Origin: Pristiophorus japonicus
Lineage: Eukaryota
Length of the DNA stretch: 64,000 nt
Assembly (NCBI RefSeq): GCF_044704955.1
Contig: NC_091984.1
Location: 146,444,001-146,508,000, forward strand
Reading direction: 5' to 3'
This document shows, piece after piece, positions 24,761 through 36,953 of the stretch (position 1 is its first letter; each line of letters opens with the position of its first letter). Under the pieces are notes generated by a model. That model made no database searches. It worked only from the letters and a program-made list of their open reading frames with translations, and had not been told where the DNA came from. The position numbers and the translations under genes are program-made.

Positions 24761-25244
24761 CAGGGGCATGTACACAGTGATACACTGACTGCTCCTCTCC
24801 CTAAGCTGAGGCCTCACTCGGTACAGTTTTGTGCTGCTGCCACGAGCCACACGTTAAGGAGAGAGAATGCAACGTTGTGACTGTGGCCTTCTGCCCCCAG
24901 ATTGCCCCCAGCAGTCAGCACAGAGTGATCCCACCATCGGGGGCTGCCCCAACACCCCTAGTGTGCAGAGTGAGAGCCAATGCTAAAACTGGGAGGGTTG
25001 AACACCAGCAGCTTTTAGTGCCTCTGTGTTTAATCTTGTGCACTCCAGGGGTTCGAGGTCAAATTGATCCTTTTAAAATGATTGAAAAATTGGCTTTGAA
25101 TCAAATCTCCTGCTGACCTGCCATTGATTGACAGCACACCCAGCCAATCAGGAAAGACACTTACTGAAATGCAGCCAATCCAGCTGAGGGGGAGGTGGGA
25201 CATTTCCAAAGCACTCGCCAGACACAGACTGAATATTCTTCACG

Positions 25245-25250
25245 TTTATT
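25245..25250 (-). terminator. Candidate IgL polyadenylation signal AATAAA (second candidate at 25340-25345)
   Basis: TTTATT on +, downstream of the C stop, followed by GT-rich sequence on -. Confidence 0.6.
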
Positions 25251-25540
25251 GCCTTTTACAGATTCACATTTACAGAAACAAGACTTGAATAAACAGCCCA
25301 GCGAGAGCGAGCTGGAGACATTCACAGGGAGAATGCAGCTTTATTAAAACAATTGTGGGGATTTTCTCCACACCGAGAGAATCCTGTCCCTTTAAACGGG
25401 GACAAAACCTTGAATTGTAACAGCAGGGTGAGCAGGGAGAGGGTCTGCTTACTGAAGCGTCACTTCGCAGTTTAACATTAGTTTTACTCTGCTGACAGTC
25501 TTCAGCATCTTCGAGAGGTTTTACTTGGCAGCACGAGTCA

Positions 25541-25820
25541 ACACTGTCCCATCAAACACTTCCAGGGCAGGTACAGCACGGGTTATAAACAGAGTAAAGC
25601 TCCCTCCACACTGTCCCATCAAACCCTCCCAGGGCAGGTACAGCACGGCTTAGATACAGAGTAAAGCTCCCTCGACACTGTCCCATCAAACACTCCCAGG
25701 GCAGGTACAGCACGGGTTAGATACAGAGTAAAGCTCCCTCGACACTGTCCCATCAAACCCTCCCAGGGCAGGTACAGCACGGGTTATAAACAGAGTAAAA
25801 CTCCCTCAACACTGCCCCAA
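25541..25820. repeat. 67-bp tandem repeat x ~4 in the putative IgL 3' UTR
   Basis: Units start at 25541, 25608, 25675 and 25742, with a partial unit at 25809. Confidence 0.92.
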
Positions 25821-25975
25821 TAACGTGCCTTACCCTCTGACCCTCAGATGCTTTCCCTGACCCAGTCCCGAGAAGGAAGAGAGTAGAAATGCAGTGCTGA
25901 CAATGACCTTTGTCCTCCCGGCTCACCCCCTGTTCTATTTAAAGTTGCGTCTCCCCGCGGACTGTCCCTGACACA

Positions 25976-26304
25976 CTACGCACATTCTGCTCTCCTGATG
26001 CCCTTGCTGAGGGGAGAGGAGAGACTCTCGTGGGTGAGGCTGCAGGAGAAGCTGGCGTTGGACTCCCAGTCGGAGCCAGAGAGGGTCAGCAGGCTGCTGA
26101 CACTGTAGGTGTTGTCCGAAGCTCGCAGGTAGTCGCTGGTCTGGACCCCGGCCGAAATGGTCGACCCGTCCTTCTTCCACTCCACCTCCACCGCATCGGG
26201 GTAGAAGTGATCGGCGAGGCACACCAGGGTGGCAGTGCCCTTAGTCGTGACCTCCTCCGTGGAGGGGGGCAACAGGGTCAGCGTGGGTGGTGTCTTCCCT
26301 CGGC
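25976..26304 (-). CDS. IGKC: Immunoglobulin light chain constant exon, kappa/NS4-type
   Basis: Acceptor ccctttcag|GC; (S)RGKTPPTLTLLPPS..TATLVCLADHFYP..W..YSVSSLLTL..FSCSLTH..AECA*; C1-set motifs and terminal Cys intact. Confidence 0.96.
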
Positions 26305-26574
26305 CTGAAAGGGAGGAGAAAGATGCTTAATAGGTGTATATTAGTCTGTGTGTATGTGTGTGTGTGTGTGTTGCGTGTGTTGCATGTATGCGTCTGTCAC
26401 TGTGACTGTTTCCGTGTGGGGATAATTCACAACTGAAAACGGAGAGCTGGGTTAATGAACTCCTGGCTGGTGATTAACCATTCGAGGCGAGCATCACTAA
26501 TTCTTAATCTTCTTTGCCTCACTTGATAAGTTTAATCTAAATATAAATGCGTTTGATCTTAAAGTGATTTAAAA

Positions 26575-27003
26575 AAGTATTTCATTTATATAGCGCCTTT
26601 CAAAACCACCAGACATCTCAAAGTGCTTTACAGCCAATGAAGTATAGTCACTGTTGTAATGTGGGAAACACAGCAGCCAATCTGCACACAGCAAGCTCCC
26701 ACAAACAGTGATGTGATAACGACCTGATAATCTGTTCTTCTGTCATGTTGGTTGAGGGGTAAATATTGACCAGGACACCAGGGAGAACTCTGCTGCTCTT
26801 CTTCGAAATAGTGTCCTGAGAGGGCAGACGGGGCCTCAGTTTAATGTCTCATCTGAAAGACAGCACCTCCAACAGTGCAGCACTCCCTCAGCACTGCACT
26901 GGAGTGTCAGCATAGATTCTTGTGTTCAAGTCCCTGGAGTGGGACTTGAACTCACAACCTTCTGACTCAGAGGCGAGAGTGCAACACACTGAGCCACGGC
27001 TGA
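26575..27003 (-). mobile_element. Deu-domain tRNA-derived SINE (SacSINE1-like), near full length
   Basis: tRNA-like head (GGTTGTGAGTTCAAGTCCCAC on -), conserved core, L2-like tail. Confidence 0.75.
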
Positions 27004-27554
27004 TACTCAAAATCATATTGGATTGTTGTATAAACATCTGCAGTGCAGGGTTGGCATACATTCAGCACAGAAATGGTTAACAGTAAGAGTCGGTAAAGAT
27101 TGAGTGTCCCGTTAAGATGCTGTTCACTGGCAGGAAGCTCGAACTGTAGATGGGTGGATACAGGGGAAACAGGCTCAGCAGTGAGAAAGCTCAGATCACA
27201 CACAGATCGGGAGAACTTTATCCGGGAACATTGCGGCACACTTGTATAAACACACTTCAGCAAGGCTTCATGTTGGGGGTCGGTATAGAAGCTTCTAGAT
27301 TGCATTTAAAAGCTTGCTGCCCAGCACCGCGGTGAGGCCCAGGGTGAGGATACAATTAGCCTCAGTTTACCGGGGTCAGGCAGGGTCACTGCTCCCAATG
27401 ATCCTGTGACCTCCTGGAAGGTCAGAGTGCGCGGACAATGAGCGAGGGTCAGGATCAGGGCCCACCCACTTCAATGAAAGAAAGCCTTGAATTTATATAG
27501 CGCCTTTCACAGCCTCAGGACGTCCCAAGGTGCTTTACAACCAATTGCACACAG

Positions 27555-27915
27555 GCAGATTTACGAGGATGTTGCCTGGACTGGAAAATGTTAGCAATTA
27601 GGAAAGATTGGATCTGCTGTAGTGTTTTCCGTGGAACAGAGGAGGCTGGGGGAGACCTTATTGAGGTGTATAAAATTATGAGGAGCCAATATAGAGTGGA
27701 TAGGAAGGCTCTATTTCCCTTAGCAGACTGGTGAACAACCATGGCATAGATTTAAAGTAATTGGTGGAATGTTTATGTGGGTATTTGAGGGGAAATGTCT
27801 TCACCCAGAGGATGGTGGGGGTCTGGAACTCACTGCCTGAAAGGGTGGTAGAGGCAGAAACCCTCACCACATTTAAGAATTACTTGGATGTACACTTGAA
27901 GTGCCGTAACCTATA
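27555..27915 (+). mobile_element. CR1 3' fragment
   Basis: Matches the reverse complement of 21085-21440. Confidence 0.8.
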
Positions 27916-29339
27916 GGGCTCAGTCTCTGGGCTCACACTGGGACAGTGAGCCCACTTGGGGAGGGGAGCTGTGACCCAGCCAGAGGTAGTGCCTTCAGGA
28001 GTGAGATGGGGAACAGATGACGAGCAGCCTGTGGTGTAGAGGGGAGACATTTCACCGGCCGAGGGCAGGTGCTGAGCCTGTTTACCTGTAAGAATGTGGT
28101 AAGTGGATGGGGAAAGTGGGCCGGGCACTGAGGTAACGTCCTGTGTTGCTGGTCGAATTGGTCATTTTAAACATGGCATCTTCCCATTCTCCCTGCCACA
28201 TGTCTCCGTGGTTGGTTTTACAGAACCTTACAGTCCCCCGTTAAAACACTCTGTCTCAGGATGTTTTCAAAATGTGAAGCAAAACCTTTTCCCTCTCACA
28301 GAGCCAATCTTCCCCAAATCTTACCTAAACCCATGATAAAACATTAAAATACACCAATGGTATTCATACATTTGGAATCAATACAATACTGAAAATGTAA
28401 AAAGGTTTCTCAACCAATACCCTTCACCAAATTCATTATAGTATATATGTAAGGTTCTGCAAAACCAACCATGGAGACATGTGGCAGGGAGAATGGGAAG
28501 ATGCCATGTTTAAAAAGATGCCATGTTTAAAATGACCAACTGCAGCCAACAGCCTGTAAACCGCGGAGGATGATGGGACTCTGGCCACCCTGTACAGTAC
28601 CAGACAGTGTTGCATGGGCACGGAACCGGACGGGGGATGAGCCAGCTACGGTGGGGGGAGAGGAGTGTACATTTGGTTCTTCCAGGAAAATGGATACAAG
28701 GCAACTTTATATTTTGAAAGGACATTTCTCCAGCTTTTTGTGTAAAAACCTCACAGAAGAGGCAACATGTCCAGGCAAAACCTCCCCAGTAATACACAAG
28801 GCAACAGAATGGGTATCAGTTGAATAATTAAACAAAGGCCCACAGGTCTGATGCAATCATTTTGGCCAGCTCAGACAGAGTGGCACATCTGTCGAGGTAG
28901 TTAACAATCATCTTCATTCACCCCATCAGTGAGCGACAGGATACAGGAGGTGTGGCTAATCTCCCATTCCAGACAGATCGATACACATCGAACTTCCATT
29001 CACACCCCATTTTATTCAAGGAAGACCCAAGACAATGGCATACAGTTTTGGCGCGAACATGAACAGACTATAAGAAAATCTGCAAAAACACACAAGGGTT
29101 GTTGAAGGTTTGGGTTGGAGGTTGAAGGTGTTGGATGTTGGGGGTTGGAGGTTGGAGGTTTTGGAGGTTGGGGGTTGGAGGTTGGAGGTTGGAGTCAGCT
29201 TTTGCATTGAGTTGTAGAGTTGAGTTAAGAAGGTGGGAGTCAGTTTTTGTTGTGGATGAGTTGAGTTAAAGGGGAGTTGAGTCAGCTCTTCACAGAGTCC
29301 TCGCTCTGGGGAAAGTGTGCTTAACTCCAACAGCTTTTT

Positions 29340-31882
29340 GCTTGGGAGGGCATCAAACAGGAAATTAGGGGTGCATGCAATAAAGGTGCAGCAGTTATCA
29401 TGGGTGACTTTAATATGCACATAGATTGGGCTAAACAAACTGGAAGCAATACGGTGGAGGAGGATTTCCTGGAGTGCATAAGGGATGGTTTTCTAGACCA
29501 ATATGTTAAGGAACCAACTAGGGGGGAGGCCATCTTAGACTGGGTGTTGTGCAATGAGAGAGGATTAATTAGCAATCTCGTTGTGCGAGGCCCCTTGGGG
29601 AAGAGTGACCATAATATGGTGGAATTCTACATTAGGATAGAGAAAGAAACAGTTAATTCAGAGACCATGGTCCAGAACTTAAAGAAGGGTAACTTTGAAG
29701 GTATGAGGCATGAATTGGCTAGGATAGATTGGCGAATGATACTTAATGGGTTGACAGTGGATGGGCAATGGCAGACATTTAGAGACTGCATGGATGAACT
29801 ACAGCAATTATACATCCCTGTCTGGTGTAAAAATAAAAAAGGGAAGGTGGCTCAAGGGAAATCAAGGATAGTATTAAAGCCAAAGAAGAGGAATACAAAT
29901 TGGCCAGAAATAGCAGCGAACCTAGGGACTGGGAGAAATTTAGAACTCAGCAGAGGAGGACATAGGGTTTGATTAGGGCAGGGAAAATGGAGTACGAGAG
30001 GAAGCTTGCAGGGAACATTAAGACGGATTGCAAAAGCTTCTATTGATATGTAAAGAGAAAAAGGTTAGTCAAGACAAACGTAAGTTCCCTGCAGTCAGAA
30101 TCAGGGGACGTCATAATGGGGAACAAAGAAATGGCAGACAAATTGAACAAGTATTTTGGTTCGTTAATCACTAAGGCGGACACAAACAACCTTCCGGATA
30201 TAAAAGGGGTCAGAGGGTCTAGTAAGAAGGAGGAACTGAGGGAAATCCTTATTAGTCGGGAAATTGTGTTGGGGAAATTGATGGGATTTGAAAGCCGATA
30301 AATCACCAGGGCCTATTGGTCTGCATCCCAGGGTACTTAAGGAGGTGGCCTTGGAAATAGCGGATGCATTGACAGTCATTTTCCAACATTCCATAGAGTC
30401 TGGATCAGTTCCTATGGAGTGGAGGGTAGCCAATGCAACCCCACTTTTTAAAAAAGAAGGGAAAGAGAAAACAGGGAATTATAGATCGGTCAGCCTGGTA
30501 TCGGTAGTGGGTAAAATGATGGAATCAATTCTTAAGGATGTCATAGCAGCGCATTTAGAAAGAGGTGACATGATAGGTCCAAGTCAGCATGGATTTGTGA
30601 AAGGGAAATCATGCTTGACAAAACTTCTGGAATTTTTTTGAGGATGTTTCCAGTAGAGTGGACAAGGAAGAACCAGTTGATGTGGTGTATTTGGACTTTC
30701 AGAAGGCTTTCGACAAGGTCCCACACAAGAGATTAATGTGCAAAGTTAAAGCACATGGGATTGGGGGTAGTGTGCTGACGTGGATTGAGAACGGGTTGTC
30801 AGACAAGAAGCAAAGAGTAGGATTAAATGGGTACTTTTCAGAATGGCAGGCAGTGACTAGTGGGGTACCACAAGGTTCTGTGCTGGGGCCCCAGCTGGTT
30901 ACATTGTACATTAATGATTTATACGAGGGGATTAAATGTAGTATCTCCAAATTTGCGGATGACACTAAGTTGGGTGGCAGTGTGAGCTGCGAGGAGGATG
31001 CTATGAGGCTGCAGAGTGACTTGGATAGGTTTGGTGAATGGGCAAATGCATGGCAGATGAAGTATAATGTGGATAAATGTGAGGTTATCCACTTTGGTGG
31101 TAAAAACAGAGAGACAGACTATTATCTGAATGGTGACAGATTAGGAAAAGGGGAGGTGCAACGAGACCTGGGTGTCATGGTATGTCAGTCATTGAAGGTT
31201 GGCATGCAGGTACAGCAGGCGGTTAAGAAAGCAAATGGCATGTTGGCCTTCATAGAGAGGGAATTTGAGTACAGGGGCAGGGAGGTGTACTACAGTTGTG
31301 CAGGGCCTCTGTGAGGCCACACCTGGAGTATTGTGTACAGTTTTGGTCTCCTGACCTGAGGAAGGACATTGTTGCTATTGAGGGAGTGCAGCGAAGGTTC
31401 ACCAGACTGATTCCCGGGATGGCGGGACTGACATTTCAAGAAAAACTGGATCAACTGGGCTTGTATTCACTGGAGTTCAGAAGAATGAGAGGGAATCTCA
31501 TTGACACGTTTAAAATACTGACGGGTTTAGACAGGTTAGATGCAGGAAGAATGTTCCCAATGTTGGGGAAGTCCAGAACCAGGGGTCACAGTCTAAGGAT
31601 AAGGGGTAAGCCATTTAGGACCGAGATGAGGAGAAACTTCTTCACCCAGAGCGTGGTGAAGCTGTGGAATTCTCTACCACAGAAAGTTGTTGAGGCCAAT
31701 TCACTAAATATATTCAAAAAGGAGTTAGATGTAGTCCTTACTACTAGGCGAATCAAGGGGTATGGCGAGAAAGCAGGAATGGGGTACTGAAGTTGCATGT
31801 TCAGCCATGAACTCATTGAGTGGCGGTGCAGGCTCGAAGGACCGAATGGCCTACTCCTGCATCTATTTTCTATGTTTCTATG
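29340..31882 (+). mobile_element. 5'-truncated CR1 (same subfamily as 291-5339) in the J-C intron
   Basis: EN end + RT + (TTTCTATG)n tail. Confidence 0.93.
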
Positions 31883-32084
31883 AGCCAACCGAGAGGCAAC
31901 CGACGCAACATCGAGGAGTAAAACCGAACCGACCAACAACGTAAAACCCACCCCAGAGGGACCCCGACCTGAAATAATTGCCCCCAGAACCCCGGAGTTG
32001 ATAGGATTGTGAGTGTAGCCCAAACCCCCTCACAGACACAATTTAGGACAGGAATTGGTAAGAAGGTAAAAAAGGATGCAGCAT

Positions 32085-33393
32085 TGATTCATGAAGGGGA
32101 AATCATGTTTGACTAACTTACTGGAATTCTTTGAGGATATAACGAGCATGGTGGATAGAGGTGTACCGATGGATGTGGTGTATTTAGATTTCCAAAAGGC
32201 ATTCGATAAGGTGCTACACAAAAGGTTACTGCAGAAGATAAAGGTACGCGGAGTCAGTGGAAATGTATTGGCATGGATAGAGAATTGGCTGGCTAACAGA
32301 AAGCAGAGAGTCGGGATAAATGGGTCCTTTTCCGGTTGGAAATCAGTGATTAGTGGTGTGCCACAGGGATCAGTGCTGGGACCATAATTGTTTACAATAT
32401 ACATAGATGACCTGGAAGAGGGGACAGAGTGTAGTGCAACAAAATTTTCAGATGACACTAAGATTAGTGGGAAAGCGGGTTGTGTAGAGGACTCAGAGAA
32501 GCTGCAAGGAGATTTGGATAGGTTAAGCGAATGGGCTAAGGTTTGGCAGATGGAATACAATGTCAGAAAGTGTGAGGTCATCCACCTTGGGGAAAAAACA
32601 GTAAAAGGGAATATTATTTGAATGGGGAGAAATTACAACATGCTGCGGTGCAGAGGGACCTGGGGGTCCTTGTGCATGAAACTCTTTTAGTTCCAAAAGG
32701 TTAGTTTGCAGGTGCAGCAGGTAATCAGGAAGGCGAATGGAATGTTGGCCTTCATTGCGAGAGGGATGGAGTACAAAAGCAGGGAGGTCTTGCTGCAACT
32801 GTATAAGGTATTGGTAAGGCTGCACCTGGAGTACTGCGTGCAGTTTTGGTCACCTTACTTGAGGAAGGATATACTAGCTTTGGAAGGGGTACAGAGACGA
32901 TTCACTAGGCTGATTCCAGAAATGAGGGGGTTACCTTATGATGATAGATTGAGTAGACTGGGTCTTTACTCGTTGGAGTTCAGAAGGATGAGGGGGGCTC
33001 TTACAGAAACATTTAAAATCATGAAAGGGATAGACAAGATCGAGGCAGAGAGGTTGTTTCCATTGGTAGGGGAGACTAGAACTAGGGGGCACAGCCACAA
33101 AATACGGAGGAGCCAATTTAAAACCGAGTTGAGAAAGAATTTCTTCTCCCAGAGGGTTGTGAATCTGTGGAATTCTCTGCCCAAGGAAGCAGTTGAGGTT
33201 AGCTCATTGAATGTTTTCAAGTCAAAGATAGATAGATTTTTAACCAATAAGGGAATTAAGGGTTACGGGGAGAGGGCGGGTAAGTGGAGCTGAGTCCACG
33301 ACCAGATCAGCCATGATCTTATTGAATGGCGGAGCAGGCTCGAGGGGCTAGATGGCCTACTCATGTTCCTAATTCTTATGTTCTTATGTTCTT
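32085..33393 (+). mobile_element. 5'-truncated CR1 (different subfamily) in the J-C intron
   Basis: KGKSCLTNLLEFF..FSDD..WNSLP; (TTCTTATG)n tail. Confidence 0.92.
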
Positions 33394-33689
33394 AAGGGTG
33401 GAAGTGGGAGGTGGGTTTGTGTGTGGGTGGAATGTTTCAACCTCTTATCTTCCCCTTCCCTGTTGCGAGAATTTTTCGTGTTGTTGAGTGAGATTGTGCC
33501 ATTACTGCTATTTACGACCTCTTCCTATGCCCTCTATCTTTGTGTTTACTATTGTAAATAAACAACATTAGCCATTTTGTACTCTTAGCCACTGTGTCTG
33601 GTGCCTCATTACTCACCCATCCTCATAAATCGCACATACAGAACCTCAGGGGAGTGGGGATTCGAACCCACACCCCAAGCTCCCTTTAC

Positions 33690-33900
33690 ACCTGCATTTA
33701 TATAGCGCCTTTGACACCTGAGGATGTCCCAAAGTGCTTCACAGCCAATGAAGTACATTTTTGAAGTGCAGTCACTGTTGTAATGTGGGAAACACGGCAA
33801 CCAATTTGTGCACAGCAAGCTCCCACAAACAGCAATGTGGTAATTGAGATTTTTAAGTGATGTAGGTCGAGGGATAAATATCGGCCTGAACTCGGGCCAC
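33690..33900 (-). mobile_element. Deu SINE 3' fragment
   Basis: Matches 26580-26780. Confidence 0.7.
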
Positions 33901-34419
33901 AGAAACAGCAACTGAGAGTCTCCCCACAACCCTGGAGCACTGCAGCTGCCGGATTGCGAGCCCTGCTGCCCCTGTTTGTGATCAGAAGTTGGACAGGAGG
34001 TGAGCGGGGGCTGGACAGATCAGAGTTGGAGCTGGGGGAGGCGGGACCTCGGGAGTGTCAGTGTGCTGAGGCTGAGCTCAGTTATATCAGAGACTGTGAC
34101 AGGAGCACAGACTGCCCCCAGCGAGCTCACTCACTCACACACACACTCTGCCCGTGTCTCACACACCGTGTCTGTCACACTGAGACAAGCAGGAGGCTCG
34201 GGACCGATTTCCGGGGATGGTGCAGGGATGGGACCGCAGTGTGCCAACGTCCAGATCTCCTCCACATGGTGGGTAACAGTTCGTTACTTATACTTTGCTG
34301 GGTGAAGGGGGAGTGTGGGTAAAGGAATGCAGCCGGGCTCCCTGTCATACACAGCACTCTTCAATTAACCCTTTCATTCACCGCAGCTCCCCACCATATT
34401 ATATAACCCATACACAGGC

Positions 34420-34840
34420 ACAGGAGAGGGTGCAGAGAAGGTTTACAAGGATGGGACCAGAAATGCGAGGGTGTACATATCAGGAAAGGATGAACAGGCT
34501 GGGGCTCTTTTCTCTTGAGGCTGAGGGGGTGACCTGATAGAGGTCTTTAACATTAGGAAAGGTTTTGATAGAGTGGATACAGAGAGAGTGTTTCCACTTG
34601 TGGGGAAGAGCAGAACTAGAGGCCATCAATATAAGATAGTCAGCAAGAAATCCAATCGGGAATTCAGGAGAAAATTCTTTACCCAGCAAGTGGTGAGAAT
34701 GTGGAACTGGCTACCACTGGGAGTGATTGAAGTGAATAGTATCGATGTATTTAAGGGGAGGCTAGACAGGGATATGAGGGAGAAGGGAATAGAGGGTTAT
34801 GCTGATAGATTTAGATGAGGAAAGACGGGAGGATCGAGTG
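34420..34840 (+). mobile_element. CR1 3' fragment
   Basis: ERVQRRFTR..FFTQQVVRMWN. Confidence 0.82.
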
Positions 34841-34939
34841 TAATCATACGTAAACTAACACCTTCGCATATTCAGCATTTATGTCTTAAAAAGATTCAGT
34901 ATTTAAAGTGTTAATAACGGAGGATTGGGGTTTACTTAC

Positions 34940-34974
34940 TCAGTCTGAGCTTGGTTCCTTTACCGAACGTGAGC
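34940..34974 (-). CDS. IGKJ: Ig light chain J segment (LTFGKGTKLRL)
   Basis: FGXG motif; donor A|GTAAGT in phase 1, matching the C exon; adjacent RSS. Confidence 0.96.
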
Positions 34975-35013
34975 CACAGTGACAGCTTCCAGTGCAGTGG
35001 CTGTACAATATCC
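34975..35013 (+). other. J recombination signal sequence, 23-bp spacer
   Basis: CACAGTG (34975-34981) + 23 nt + ACAATATCC (35005-35013; 7/9 match). Confidence 0.93.
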
Positions 35014-35019
35014 TCCGTC

Positions 35020-35295
35020 CCTGGCTCACTCAGTCTCTCTCCCCCTCTCTCTGTCTGTGTGTGTGTCTGTGTCTTTCTCAGCGTCTCACTCTCCCTTATT
35101 TTTTCTCTCTCTTTCTCACTCTCTCTCTCACACATTCTGTTTTTCTCTGACTACCTCTCACTCTTTCCCCCTCTCCCACTCCCCCTTCACCTCCCTCCCT
35201 CACTCACTTCTCCTCCATCTCCCTCACTCCATTCCTCACTCACTCACTCTCTCTCTTTCCCTGTCCCTCACTCTCTCCCTCCCTCTCTCTCTATG
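35020..35295. repeat. CT-rich polypyrimidine tract
   Basis: Base composition. Confidence 0.85.
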
Positions 35296-35559
35296 TCTGA
35301 GTTGCCTGTGGCAGTGCCCGGGAGAGTTGGGGATCCGACGTGTTTGGGACAAATCACCCAGCTGCCCTTCCCGCCCTATCAGATGGTAACCCTGGGGCCA
35401 CGGAATTGCTGGAGAATGAAAGTCCCTGTCACACAGGGCTCACCTCTTTGTGCCCCTCGAACAACGGGCTCCGTCTACAAGTGAGATGTTTGTGTTGCTG
35501 ACACAGGCCTTCCTCGGGGATAATTATAAAATAACGAGTTTTAGGGGTTTTAGAAACCT

Positions 35560-36000
35560 GTTTCCTCAGTCCGTGAATCGTGTGTACGTGGAGTGTGAGA
35601 GGATGCAGCCCCTCTTCCACTATTTGAAGGGACTGCTCCTCGATTTCTGGCTCCACTTCAGTCCCACATTCCTGGGCCTGGCCACCCGGTGCAGGGAGAG
35701 TGGGCAGGTCGGAGGGCCTTCCCGTGGGCCTGCTCCTGGGCCTGGTCACCCAGTGCGGGGGGAATGGGCAGGTCGGGGGGCCTCCCCGTGGGCCTGCTCC
35801 TGGGTCTGACCAAGGTGGCCATGCACAGGTCCTAGTTGGATGGGGCCCATGGGGTGGCTGCACTGCCTGCCTGTCTCCCTTCGGGAGCTTTGACCGTACC
35901 CCGGTGACCCTGGGGATGGAGCTCAAGGTAGGCCTGAGACCTTCTGCGATGGGTGGGCACCACAGAGCCTGGAGTGTCGAGTGGGCAGGGAAAGAGCACG
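35560..36000 (+). mobile_element. Tx1/L1-like LINE ORF2 C-terminal fragment between V and J
   Basis: SV.RVYVECERMQPLFHYLKGLLLDFWLHFSPT..GHPV..GLLLGL..KVA remnant. Confidence 0.6.
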
Positions 36001-36289
36001 ACCATTTCACTTGTTCACTTTCCTTTCATGTTTATACTTTGGGTTTTATAAGTTGTGGCCCTCTCAATAGTGGGAGGTTTGTGAGATTATTTGGATTGAG
36101 GACACAGGGACCACCCAGTGTCTCCGTGCTGTCTGAATGTACAGAGTAGGTCTGTGAGATTGTCAGTGATGAAGACACAGCTCCAACTCCTCTCTGACCC
36201 ACTCCATCCTTTCCCAATTCACTGCAGCTTCCAGCTGAATATTCCTGCCGTCACTCCCATCGAGCTGTGTGTCAGTCATGTGTAAAACC

Positions 36290-36432
36290 GTACAGGAGGT
36301 GGGGCTGTGTGTCCATTATTATATATTATATATAACTGTGGGGTGAGTCAGTACAGGAGGTGGGGCTGTGTGTCCATTATTATATATTATATATAACTGT
36401 GGGGTGAGTCAGTACAGGAGGTGGGGCTGTGT
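36290..36432. repeat. 61-bp tandem repeat x ~2.3 abutting the V nonamer
   Basis: Units start at 36290, 36351 and 36412. Confidence 0.9.
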
Positions 36433-36439
36433 ATATTGA

Positions 36440-36467
36440 GGTTTTTGTACAGCTGTGTATCACAGTG
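36440..36467 (-). other. V recombination signal sequence, 12-bp spacer
   Basis: CACTGTG + ATACACAGCTGT + ACAAAAACC on the - strand. Confidence 0.95.
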
Positions 36468-36766
36468 TAGAGGGTAGCTGTTATGTTGCTGACAGTAATA
36501 GTCTGCGACATCCTCGCTCTGCACGTTGCTGATGCTCAGGGTGAACATGTTGGACTTGTAACTGCCGGTGAAGCGATCGGAGGTTCCAGTGAAATGAGAT
36601 GTTGCCGAATAGATCAGCAGAGTGGGTTTCTGCCCGGCTTTCTGCTGGTACCAAGCAACATAATTGCTAACGGATGCACTGGCGGTACAGGTGATGGTTG
36701 CAGTCTGTCCCTCACTCACTGACAGCACCGGGGGAGACTGGGTCATGATGATGTCCCCACTGATAC
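36468..36766 (-). CDS. IGKV: Ig light chain V exon (L2 + V), kappa/NS4-type, unrearranged
   Basis: Acceptor tcag|GT; (G)[44 protein letters not shown]; open frame. Confidence 0.97.
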
Positions 36767-36953
36767 CTGAGGGGGAAATGGGGAAAGAAAGTGAAGTAAG
36801 CACTGTCACAGAAAGACGCTGTAAAATGAGAGATTGCTCGAGACACTGAGCTCTCCTCTCGTGTCAGCATTTGCCCTTCAATCACTGGTCAGTAGAGTTG
36901 GACAGAAATCGACAGCAGGGAGATATTAAACATGGAAGGAGAGAGATTGGTAC

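Noticed and set aside
29100-29200. Interstitial telomere
   Set aside because: The unit is GGAGGTT-like, not TTAGGG; simple repeat
33648-33680. tRNA gene (GGGTTCGAATCCCCAC on the minus strand)
   Set aside because: Only a T-arm/B-box-like piece; no full cloverleaf
36461-36500. Bidirectional RSS at the V end (CACAGTG on +)
   Set aside because: No nonamer at 12- or 23-bp spacing on the V-coding side
34940-36766. Germline-joined VJ, D segments or additional J segments
   Set aside because: V and J are separate with intact 12/23 RSSs; no other FGXG segment with an RSS was seen
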